From: Octopus vulgaris
Lineage: Eukaryota
NCBI GenBank assembly: GCA_951406725.2
Contig: OX597817.1
Coordinates: 61,132,001 to 61,196,000, forward strand
DNA: 64,000 bases
Direction: 5' to 3'
Part shown: positions 40,341 through 50,601 of the stretch, piece by piece
Layout of the letters: every line of letters begins with the position of its first letter
Position numbering within the stretch: position 1 is the first letter of the stretch
Notes under the pieces: generated by a model
Seen by the model: only the letters and a program-made list of their open reading frames with translations
Told to the model about the DNA's origin: nothing
Database searches by the model: none
Position numbers and translations under genes: made by a program

Positions 40341-42635
40341 TCAACGAGGAGTTTGCATATTAAGTTGTGTTTGGAATTTTTCAATAAAGAGATTCTCCTT
40401 GTTAATTCTCTCCTGTGTGGTGATCCCGTCTTTACATTGGTAGAAGGGGAATATATAGAATTTGGGGTTTAAGTCTTTAGCACATGAGTCTAAGTGGTCA
40501 CTCAGTGGAATTTGTCGGTATTCCGGGAGATTTATTTGTTCTTTATGCACCGTTACTCGTTTACGTAACGGGAGACTCGTTTGTCCAACATAATTATGTT
40601 GGCAACCAGCGCATGTGAGAACGTAGATAAGGTTCTCGGAGGAACAGGAGAAGTTAGTCTTGATTTTAAACTTCGTACCTTGTTTGAAGGTAAATTCAGA
40701 GCCTTCAAGTAGAAAGGGGCAGGTACCACAGTTTGAGCGTACACATTTTTTTACTGTTGGGAGTGGATGTGGTGTGTGAAGTTTGGCATTTGTCAAGAGT
40801 TTTTTTAAAGATTTGTGTTGCCTTTTGCATTTGAGGATTTTGTGTGTATTTATAATGTTTTTCATTTTTGGGTCTGTTGACAGTAGACTGAGGTTTTGTA
40901 TGATTGTGGTGTATGCTTCGATATTTTTGGGGTTGTGGGTGGAAATGTATGGAAGTATTTTGAGGTTGTGTGTGGTGTTAGGTTGGGTGGTTTTCAGTGT
41001 AGTGTTGTCTAGTTCTTTGGCGCGTTTTATTCCATACTCTATAAGGGTGGAGGGATATTGACGTTGTAATAGTGTTTTTTTGAGGTCTTGAAGGCGTATT
41101 TCTCGTGTTTTTGGATCCGAGACAATGGTGCATACCCTTTTAGCTAAATTGAAAGGGATATTTGTCTTGGTGTGTTTTGGGTGGCATGAACTAAAGAGGA
41201 GGTATTGTTGTGAGTCTGTAGGTTTGTGGTAGATGTCTGTTATGATTTGGTTCTTAGGTGTTTTTATAATTAGGAGATCAAGGAATGGGAGATGATGTTT
41301 GCTTAATTCCATAGTGAATTGGATGTTGGGATGTATGTTGTTTAGTATGGTTTTGAATTCCAGGAGTTTTTCATAAGGTTCTTTCCATATGATGAAACAA
41401 TCATCTAAATACCTTTTCCAGTTTTCCATTAGGTAGGTGTGGAAAACATGTCCAAATTTCTGGCTTGATATTTCATAGAGTGACAGTTCGAAGTAACCCA
41501 TTATGAGGTTCGCAAGGACTGGTGCAGCCTTGGTACCCATCGCAATGCCACATTTTTGACGGTAGTGTGTGTCGTCGAAGAGAAAAAAATTGTTTGTCAG
41601 AATGAACTTAAGAGATTCTGTAATAAAAGACTTGTTAATGCGGTCAGGGAATGTCTCTGGGTGTTTTTCTAGCCAGAAGTCAATTGCCTCTATACCATAC
41701 TCATGTGGAATGTTGGTGTAGAGGTTGATGACATCAAAGGATACCAGGAGTGCCTCCTCGTTAACTGTTTTCGGGAGGTGTTTGAGCATGTCCAGATCAT
41801 CCCTAATGAAACTTTTGATGTGGGTAAGGAAAGGTTTCAAAAGGATGTCTAGGAAGTTACTCAGGCGGTGTGTTTCACAGGAGGTACCAGCCACGATGGG
41901 CCTTAGTTTTAGGTCCTCCGGTGCTTTGATGTTGATGTGGATGTCAGTGGAGAGTTTGCAGGCTTCGGTGATGTATTTGTTTTTATGGATTTTAGGAAGG
42001 CCATAAAAAAGGCTGGGCTTGCATTTGAAAATGGTGATATAATCCCTTTCTTTTTCTGTGAGTCCCTGACCGTGTTGGCGTATGAGTGTGGTGAGGTTTC
42101 TGATTGTTTTTTGCTGTTTGTAGTTGTTAATAACCTCATAGAAAATGTTATTGTTAAGCATGGAGAACACTAGGTGTTTATAAAATTCCGTGTCCATAAG
42201 GACCACAGCACTCCCTTTGTCCGCTTCTTTGATGGTGAGGTTTTTATCCAGTTGTATGTCACGTAGGTTTTCCCATTCTTCCTTACTGAAATTGGATTTT
42301 ACCTTGGTTTTGCTTGGGGTAAAGGGGAGACTCTGGATGTGTTTACAGAAATCGTCCAGTGTTTTATTTCTCCCTTTTAGTGGTAGGAAGTTGCTTTTAT
42401 TTCTGATCAATGAGTCGTCCCCATTGTTGATATCTGTCAAAGCTTCTGTTAGGCGAAGTTTTCTGCAGAATTCAGAAACGTCATCCTTGGGTGTTCTTGG
42501 GGTGGGTGTGAATTTCAAACCTCTTGCTAGGATGTTGATTTGGGTTGGTGTCAGTGTTTTGCTGGAGAGGTTTATAATTTTTGTTTTCTTATTTTGGGTC
42601 TGTGTTAGCGGTGGTGTTTGTATTTTTCCCTCTGT
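40341..42635 (-). CDS. PLE reverse transcriptase - GIY-YIG endonuclease (ORF2; frame open up to the TAG at 42636-42638, no upstream ATG)
   Basis: IINLSSKTLT...RGLKFTP, ADKGSAVV, FYGLPKIHK, LRPIV, SFDVINLYTNIP, GIAMGT, RYLDD, FLDL; CVRSNCGTCP linker; NLIYVLTC..C...YVGQT...R; uninterrupted. Confidence 0.95.
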   Translation of the reverse strand, partial: TEGKIQTPPLTQTQNKKTKIINLSSKTLTPTQINILARGLKFTPTPRTPKDDVSEFCRKLRLTEALTDINNGDDSLIRNKSNFLPLKGRNKTLDDFCKHIQSLPFTPSKTKVKSNFSKEEWENLRDIQLDKNLTIKEADKGSAVVLMDTEFYKHLVFSMLNNNIFYEVINNYKQQKTIRNLTTLIRQHGQGLTEKERDYITIFKCKPSLFYGLPKIHKNKYITEACKLSTDIHINIKAPEDLKLRPIVAGTSCETHRLSNFLDILLKPFLTHIKSFIRDDLDMLKHLPKTVNEEALLVSFDVINLYTNIPHEYGIEAIDFWLEKHPETFPDRINKSFITESLKFILTNNFFLFDDTHYRQKCGIAMGTKAAPVLANLIMGYFELSLYEISSQKFGHVFHTYLMENWKRYLDDCFIIWKEPYEKLLEFKTILNNIHPNIQFTMELSKHHLPFLDLLIIKTPKNQIITDIYHKPTDSQQYLLFSSCHPKHTKTNIPFNLAKRVCTIVSDPKTREIRLQDLKKTLLQRQYPSTLIEYGIKRAKELDNTTLKTTQPNTTHNLKILPYISTHNPKNIEAYTTIIQNLSLLSTDPKMKNIINTHKILKCKRQHKSLKKLLTNAKLHTPHPLPTVKKCVRSNCGTCPFLLEGSEFTFKQGTKFKIKTNFSCSSENLIYVLTCAGCQHNYVGQTSLPLRKRVTVHKEQINLPEYRQIPLSDHLDSCAKDLNPKFYIFPFYQCKDGITTQERINKENLFIEKFQTQLNMQTPR

Positions 42636-42996
42636 CTAAAAAATGGTTGTTGAGGTAAGGGGTGTATTCTTTGTTAAAGTTCTGGTTGTATGTGTAGGAG
42701 TGTTTTTGGGTGGGGAGGTTGGAGGGGGTAGGTAGTTGTCGTATTTGTGTTGGTATGGGATGCGATGGTGTAAGGATTTGTGAGAAATGCGATGGGTTTG
42801 TGGGTGTGTGTCTGGTAGATTGTATGGGGGGATGTAGGGGGGTATGTAGTTGTGGTGATTGGGTTCGTGTGGGATGTGAGGGTTTGGAGATCTGTAGGAG
42901 ATGTGGTAGGAATGTGGTTGTTGGATGGGTGGACTATAGGGGGTTCGTTGGGTGGGTCTTATATGTATCGGTGTGGGTAGGATGCCTTGTTTGTTA

Positions 42997-44094
42997 TTAG
43001 TGTGAGGGAGGGGAGCCTTGAGGGGGGATAATTTTTAGTGTATGGGAGGTTCTTGAAGGTTCTAATCGGTGGGGGAGGGGTGTTAGGGTGATTGGAAAAC
43101 CAGGTTTTGTGGTGGGTCTTGTTTGAGATGTTTCGGGGGGAAAAGGTTTTTTATATGGTTGGGGGAGGTTGTGTCCTGTTAGGAGGGGGTTTGGAGAGTA
43201 TGTGTATTTGAGGTGCGGTTTGGAATGGTGTTTATGGGGTACAGTGGAAGTCTGTGTTGTGGGTACTTTTATGAATGGGTTTTTGGATTTATGGTTTAAT
43301 ATGAATTGTGTTTCATAGTTGAGGAAGAAATCTTTGTTGTTTTCCCAGCGTTTAAGGGAGGTTCGTTCTTCCTTTTCACATTCATCTTTCCATAGTTTAA
43401 TAACAAGTTCGAGGGGCTGTTCGTTGGTGTGTGAGGTTAGTTCTAGAAGTATCTCATCGTCTATTTTTGTGTATTTTTGTTCGTGGTTTTGTGCTCTGAG
43501 TTTTAGAAGTTCTACTTCGGTTTTCATTTTTTCCAATGTTAGTTTTTCTCTTAGGGAGCGTTGTTTTTCAGGTTCGTCTGGGATGTGTTTGATTTGGAAT
43601 TTACGGGGTAGTATGATAGGGGAGGAGTTTAACCATTTGTCGTAAATTTCAGCTTTGTTTTGGTTTTTGAGCATGTTCCAGAAGAGAAGTTTTCTGTTGT
43701 GTAGTTTCTTAGTCCAAGTAGTGATGATCTGGTTTTTAATGCGTTGTGCTGGGGTTGAAGTGTGTTCCTTCTGTGTGCTGAGTGGTGTCTGAGGTCTCTT
43801 TGGCGTTGAATTGGTAAGTAGAGTTTTCAGTGTAGTGTTGATTTCATTTAGGTTTACATCTATCTTATCCGAAAGTAGAGTTTTCAGTGTAGTGTTGATT
43901 TCGTTTAGGTTTACATCAATTTTATCCGAAAGTTGTTGATGATGGTTGTTTTCTGAGTTGTCCCGGGATTGATGGAGAAGTTCGTCAATTTTTTTGGAGA
44001 ATGTAAGTAGATGTGTATTGAGTACTTTGAGTTCTTTTAGAATGGTCTTATTGGTGACTGTCTCTGTAAGAGTGCTCTTGTTTTTCGGAGGCAT
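42997..44094 (-). CDS. PLE ORF1: coiled-coil-like N-terminus + Pro/His/Tyr-rich tail (probably extends to ~42.6 kb)
   Basis: 365-aa ORF with ATG just inside the 5' pLTR. Heptad-like K/E/L-rich segments. A 19-aa duplication shows only synonymous differences. Confidence 0.75.
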   Translation of the reverse strand: MPPKNKSTLTETVTNKTILKELKVLNTHLLTFSKKIDELLHQSRDNSENNHHQQLSDKIDVNLNEINTTLKTLLSDKIDVNLNEINTTLKTLLTNSTPKRPQTPLSTQKEHTSTPAQRIKNQIITTWTKKLHNRKLLFWNMLKNQNKAEIYDKWLNSSPIILPRKFQIKHIPDEPEKQRSLREKLTLEKMKTEVELLKLRAQNHEQKYTKIDDEILLELTSHTNEQPLELVIKLWKDECEKEERTSLKRWENNKDFFLNYETQFILNHKSKNPFIKVPTTQTSTVPHKHHSKPHLKYTYSPNPLLTGHNLPQPYKKPFPPETSQTRPTTKPGFPITLTPLPHRLEPSRTSHTLKIIPPQGSPPSH

Positions 44095-44263
44095 TCTGAA
44101 TCACACGTGTGGTAGAGGGTACAGATCAATAAATGGTGGGGTTGTGTTGACCGCACGTGGAGAAATGATAAGTAAGGAAAATTTTTTTTTAAAAATGCAG
44201 AATGCTCAAATGAAAGAAAATTTTAATAAAATGAGAAAATGATAAAATATATAAATGTATATT

Positions 44264-44304
44264 TATTCAACCGGTTTTCGTCATTGTATGACTTGTCAAG
44301 AATA
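44264..44304 (-). ncRNA. pLTR hammerhead-like motif (5' pLTR copy)
   Basis: Identical to 39667-39707. Confidence 0.65.
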
Positions 44305-44352
44305 TTTATGTTTTAAGAAGTTTTTTTTAAAAATTAGAAAGGGGAAAAAATG

Positions 44353-44410
<58 letters not shown>

Positions 44411-44413
<3 letters not shown>

Positions 44414-45097
44414 AAAAAATACAAACTGGGACAAAAACGCAAAACATTTAGAAGACGATACAAAAAACACGGACGGGACATTCTAAGCCTTCAATCTTCA
44501 GTCAAGAACCGAATCATCCTCGCAATTTCGGTTGATTAATCTTGAGATCGCTCCGATCCGGCCAGCCCCAAGGAAAAACTAAGCTACGAGCATTAGATTT
44601 CTTGGAAAAAGGATCGAATGTATACGAAACAAGGACAGAAAAACGGACGATGCCACAGGAATATAAATACAAAAAACAATAGTAGTAATAACAGGACAAA
44701 AACAGCGGGTGTCTTACGACTATAGACAGTACAACTTAGCTTAGCTGGCGTATTTGGAAAACAAGGCCTTTTTCGGCAGACGAAGCAAACGTTGTTCTCG
44801 TGGCGGTGGCCAGAAGCTGAAAGGTTGGTTGACCAGCGGTCACGTGAGAGGAGAAGAGAGAGAAAAAAAGGGGGCAAAGGAATCAAGGAGAGAGAGAAAA
44901 AGAGGGAACAAAGGCACCAAAGGAGGTGGGAGAAGAGAGAGAAAGAAGGAATTAAAGAGAGGAGAAAAAAGAGAGCGTGCCAAGGATTGGCTTGGCGACA
45001 GAATCAGTGAGGTGCAAAGTGAGAAAGACAGAGAAATATGAGAGAGTGGGGGAAGAGGAGACCAAAGAATCAGAGGCAAGAAAAGAGAAAAGGAGGA

Positions 45098-45137
<40 letters not shown>

Positions 45138-45272
45138 CAGATCAAAGTGGAGTGCAAAGTGTGAAAGGCAGAGAAATGTAGGAGAGGGGGGAGAGAGAGA
45201 CAGTGTTATAGAGTCGTACCAAATTTGAAGAAATATGTACTTAAATACAAGACCAAAAAGGGTACGGGCGTC

Positions 45273-45273
<1 letters not shown>
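44411..45273 (-). mobile_element. PLE-like 3' remnant (3'UTR + pLTR), second family, between microsatellites
   Basis: Its terminus is repeated at 45330-45549. A related sequence lies at 39237-39524. Carries a CTGAAGA motif. Confidence 0.6.
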
Positions 45274-45329
<56 letters not shown>

Positions 45330-45337
<8 letters not shown>

Positions 45338-45549
45338 ACAAACTGGGACAAGAACGCAAAACATTTAGAAGACGATACAAAAAACACGGACGGGACATTC
45401 GAATCATTCAATCTTCAGTCAAGAACCCAGCCGAAATTGCGAGGATGATCCGGTTCTTGACTGAAGATTGAAGGCTTCGAATGTCCCGGCCGTGTTTTTT
45501 GTATCGTCTTCTAAATGTTTTGCGTTCTTGTTCCAGTTTGTATTTTTTA
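45330..45549. repeat. Head-to-head inverted pLTR pair (~98-bp arms)
   Basis: 45330-45427 is a near-perfect reverse complement of 45451-45548; (TA)n on the left. Confidence 0.9.
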
Positions 45550-45557
45550 CATATACA

Positions 45558-45611
<54 letters not shown>

Positions 45612-46055
45612 TTATATATTGTCCAAATATGCAGAAAACAAATGACGAAGACAGACGTAGAAGCAACAAGCACGTGTGTGTGTGTGTGTATTATGTACGC
45701 ATGTATGTATGTGTGTGTATATGCAGGTACGTCTTTGTGTCCGTGTTTGTTCCCTCCTCTACAGTCGGTGTTGGTTTGTGTACGTCCCCATAACTTGGCG
45801 GTTCGGTAGAAAGGGATGATAGAATAAGTACCAAACGGAAACAAAAACACAAATATCAGGATCGATCTGTTCGACCATAACCTTTCATGGTAGTGCTCCA
45901 GCAAGGCCTGATGACTGAAGCCACTAAAAGATAAAACTTCCTGCGGGTATAAATTTTGTTCCTTAACCTTAGACCAAGGAAGATAAAGCAGATTTATGAT
46001 TTAATATGTTTACATCCATAACCATGTCGTCTTTTTATTATTAATGTATTTTTAA

Positions 46056-46500
46056 AGGCAAGGAACTGACAGAATCGTTAAGACACCGGAAAATTGCCTA
46101 GCGACATTTCGTCCGTCGTTACGTTCGGTATTCAAATTCCACCGAGCTCGACTTTGCTTTCATCCTTTCGAGGTCGATAAATTAAATACCAGTTAAACAC
46201 TGGGGTCGATGTAATCGAATTATCTCTTCTCCCAAAATTTCAGACCTTGTGCTTATAGTAAAAACGATTATTGATGTCTTTTTAAAGGCAGCGAGGTAGC
46301 AGAATTGTTAACACGCCGGATAAAATGCTTAGTAGCATTTCGTCCGTCTTTACGTTCTAAGTTCAAAAGCCGCTGAGGTCAGTTTCGCTTTTCATCCTTT
46401 CGGGGTCCTTAAAATAGTACAGTTCAGCTCTAGGGTCGAAATAATCGACCAATCACCCTCTTCTCAAATTTCAGGTCATGTGCATATAACAGAAAGGATT
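46056..46500 (+). mobile_element. Two tandem Meta-like SINEs
   Basis: Core similar to 34225-34442. Confidence 0.8.
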
Positions 46501-46929
46501 ATTTTTGCAACATGATTTGAAGGAAATTCTGGCTGCTATTTCTAATACTAGGTCGAGTTTGTTGGCTTCAAATACATCGTTCACAAAAGATATACGCACA
46601 GGTCTTTCTTGAGAGACGCGGAGACTAGATTTTTGCTGTATATGGGGTTTGGTTTGCTTTAAGGAAGGGTACAGATGGCTTTATTTTATTTTTTCTTTCG
46701 TATTTTTATTAATAAAATATGTAGATAAATTGTTTTTCTTTTTTTTTTCTCTCTAGTTGTTGAAGGTTGCAAGTTGAAAGATAAGATAGAGCTTTCAACG
46801 TTGCTAATATTTCAGTCGTGGATAGGTGGGTAGCGCTTACGAAACGCAAGCGAAGATAATGAATTGCCAAACAGTCTGTTAATGAATGAAGATCTAACAC
46901 ACAGATACACACACACACACGCGCGCACA

Positions 46930-46972
<43 letters not shown>

Positions 46973-47759
46973 ATACACACACATTAGATATCGCATGCGC
47001 AATTCGACTATCACACTTAGCAACAGATACAAAACACACACAATCACACACACACACACACTGAACAGGTACGCGCATTCGCACTCACACACACATGCAC
47101 ACATACACACAGAACAGCCCCACGCTTACGCACACACACATGCACACACGCAAAACAGTCACACGCATACGTACTCACACACACATGCATACACACACAC
47201 ACACACAGAACAGGTACACAAATACGTACACACACACATACGTAGACTAAAGCCACTCACGTCCAAACAGACCAGCATCAACATTTATGCTGCACTAAGA
47301 AAGCAAAGCAAGTTCTCAGAATTTTTCACACACACATGCACACACACACACACACACTCATGAATAAGTGTAAACACAAACCCATTTACATAACTACATA
47401 TAAAACCACATATACAGGTTCAGGGCGCTGCTTCTGATGAACTGAACACCATTAAGATTCTTCTTGATACGCCTTGATTTACTGTAAGATGATGGCAGAA
47501 GAATATATGAACAGGGAGGGAATTGCAAGGAGATAACATTCTGGGGAGAAAAAGGATTTGTTAATTTAGGGTCGGGAAGAAACACAGCATGGTTGCCGAG
47601 AGAAACAGAAGCAGGTAGGTTGCAAAGGCAAATGTATGGGTGTCATGATACCAGTAAGATTCGAAGGGCTAAGTTCGATGTAGTGAAAAAGTGAGAAAGG
47701 AGTCAGCACGTTTATGAGTCATGAGTCGATAGGTGGCGGCGATTTCATGCAGATTAGTA

Positions 47760-47810
<51 letters not shown>

Positions 47811-48254
47811 GTCTAACTATTTATATATATATATATATATATAAATACACACACACACACACACACACAAAATATTGGGGTTTAGTTCACAGATGATCTA
47901 AACGATTAGGTACGCTAGGTAAGTGCTGTAACGTATTACTAGGGATCCAAGGTGGTAGCTGAGACGATAGTTATGAAGTCATTGCAGATTTCCGATATGG
48001 CGGATTCATAATTGTTAAAGAGGACAACAAATATTAAGGCAAGGCAAACATCTCAAGTCGTCTACTATATTATTATATACATACTCACACACATACATAT
48101 ACGTATACATCTTGTCTATAGTAATGCTTTGAATATACAAATACAGCTCCTATCCCATTATGCCAGCCACCATCTAATGATGCTGACTTGTGAGCAAGTT
48201 TTTCAGGATTGCATCAAGTTATACCGATATTATGTATGATAAATATAATAATAA

Positions 48255-49167
48255 CTAGACTACCCGTGACCCACCGGATCACCGGGAACTCTGAGTTTCT
48301 CAGCAACGGAGTTTTGTTTTGTGGCGTGTTTTTCTTTCCGAGGTTATTTCACATGTTTTCAACGTATGTGACATCGAAATCACGCGTAAACGGCTCTTTT
48401 TCCTAGAAAAGGAAAGAGTTGGTTGCTATTTCTTGCTCGCCCTGCTATCACGTAATAGGTATTTCGGGTCCTTTATCGCAAATAGCTGTTTCGTGGTAGC
48501 AGGGTGTGCTAGAAATAGGAGCCAAATCTTTGGAGGTGAGATAAGCTGAATACACTCGAAAAGAAACCTATGGAAAAAACTAGTTCACACCGAGGTTATA
48601 AACGGGTCTTTTACGAAATAGTTACCATATCTTTAAAGTCATTTTCACTTTAAACTATTTTTAAAATATGCAAAAAGAATTTTTGTAATGGTATTCACTT
48701 GAAAATAATTTTAAGAAACACTAAAATATTGTCTCTTTAAAGAAAGCTAAAATATAAATACTTACTGTACAAACACATTTTAGAAATCACATTCACTTAA
48801 AAATATTTCTAAATGAATAAAATATTGTTTCACAAAAGTGGAAATTGAAACATTTACTGTAAAAAAAAAAAAAACTCGTATTTTTCGTTGTCAAGTCACT
48901 GTGTTTAATAGAAAGAAAAGAGTTTCGTTCCTTTCAGAATGAGGATTATATTCGGAATATTTCCCCATTATGCACCGTTTTGAGTATTTATACCCCTAAT
49001 ATCTATGAAACTACTTTTCCGATTTACAGGAAACTTGTTTTATTCCGTTCGTATTAACATTTCAGGGTAAACTTAATTCATAGTATTTACCCATTATATG
49101 CCAGCTTGGCTGGGCAACATTACAAGCAAGCAAACAAGATTCAAGCTGACTTTTAATATATTACAGA
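48255..49167 (-). mobile_element. Non-autonomous Helitron
   Basis: Minus strand begins A|TCTGTAATATATTAAAAG and ends with a GC-rich hairpin CCCGGTGATCC ggt GGGTCACGGG, then TAGT CTAG|T. Confidence 0.7.
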
Positions 49168-49830
49168 TAACAATAATCCTAGAGATTTATTTATATACAC
49201 TTAATGCATTGCTACGCGCGTTTCTACTTATCACATAACTTTTTATATCACATTCTGCATTCCTGGGATGATTACACTGCAGCCCGTGGGCATCGGGTTG
49301 ATCATTTCTTCAGGCGATATAACATTAGTGGATGAGTCACAGAAGGATGTTTTTCTCTTCTTACCCGTCTGAAGGTCAAGTGAGATATGTGGATATTTCT
49401 GTGTGTATTTGGTGGGGAGAAGTGAAAGGTGTTGGAAGTAGGGGAAGGAATGGTAGTTTTATGGGGGTGAAGGTTGGGTGGTGGCGTTGGATATATTTTG
49501 CAATTCATTCAGCAGATGTTAAGGATGAGTAGTACATTCTTTTGCTTGGCTTCATTTAAGATATGATTATCTTCATTAAGTTCCCAACTCAACAGGTGCT
49601 CAAGTACCGCGGCTGTACAATCGAGTTTGTTGACCGAATTGATAAGCGCTACTTCCTTATAATGACCTCTTCATTGTTTCCGTTGGTATAATGCTTAGGA
49701 TTACAAATATTGCTTAGTATACACGTATGGTATATATGTATATACCTATGCACATATATCATACATGTATATGTAGATACATACATATAAATATGCATAT
49801 ATATGTATGTATTTATGCATGTATATTAAT

Positions 49831-49929
<99 letters not shown>

Positions 49930-49939
49930 GATAGGTAGG

Positions 49940-50002
<63 letters not shown>

Positions 50003-50007
50003 GTAGG

Positions 50008-50092
<85 letters not shown>
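49831..50092. repeat. (GATA)n microsatellite
   Basis: Direct reading. Confidence 0.98.
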
Positions 50093-50093
<1 letters not shown>

Positions 50094-50552
50094 TACGCAA
50101 TGAATAAATTAATACATCATTACAGATTGTCTTTTAGTTAATCGGCAAATCGAAGTGACTCAAGGATCGAGAGTTTCGGTCATTGGCACTACTCATGTTT
50201 TGGCTTCTATTTTCCTGATTGTATTACGAACTCCCGACACAGATAAAAACGTTATCAATCATGGTTTTTCGGATTATATAAACACATGATCTGCCGAAAA
50301 GCTACGCTCTTCTCATATGTTGCTGGATGGATAATAAGGAACGTTTTTACATCCGATCGTTTTACTAACAGAATAACAGAATGTAGAAGTTTGATATGGA
50401 CCGTTTGCTAGCGGGTACTTCAAAGATGTATATATATTAGTGGCCTGCTCGCTTAGCCAACGGGGTGGCGTCATTCGAAGGCTAAAACAATGCGAACGCA
50501 TTGTGACCAGAGATGTGTAACAACATCTGATGGTCTGGTCGGTCTTGTGATT

Positions 50553-50601
<49 letters not shown>

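Larger units (their letters stand above)
39574..44350 (-). mobile_element. Near full-length Neptune-type Penelope-like retroelement with direct pLTRs, inserted in (TA)n
   Basis: ~180-bp direct repeats at 39574-39753 and 44171-44350; RT+GIY-YIG ORF; upstream ORF1; (TA)n on both sides. Confidence 0.95.

Noticed and set aside
40341-42635. Selenocysteine-encoding (Naiad-like) PLE
   Set aside because: The GIY-YIG domain is C-terminal and there is no internal in-frame TGA.
39574-44350. LTR retrotransposon, suggested by the direct repeats
   Set aside because: No TG...CA ends, protease or integrase; the RT and GIY-YIG are PLE type.
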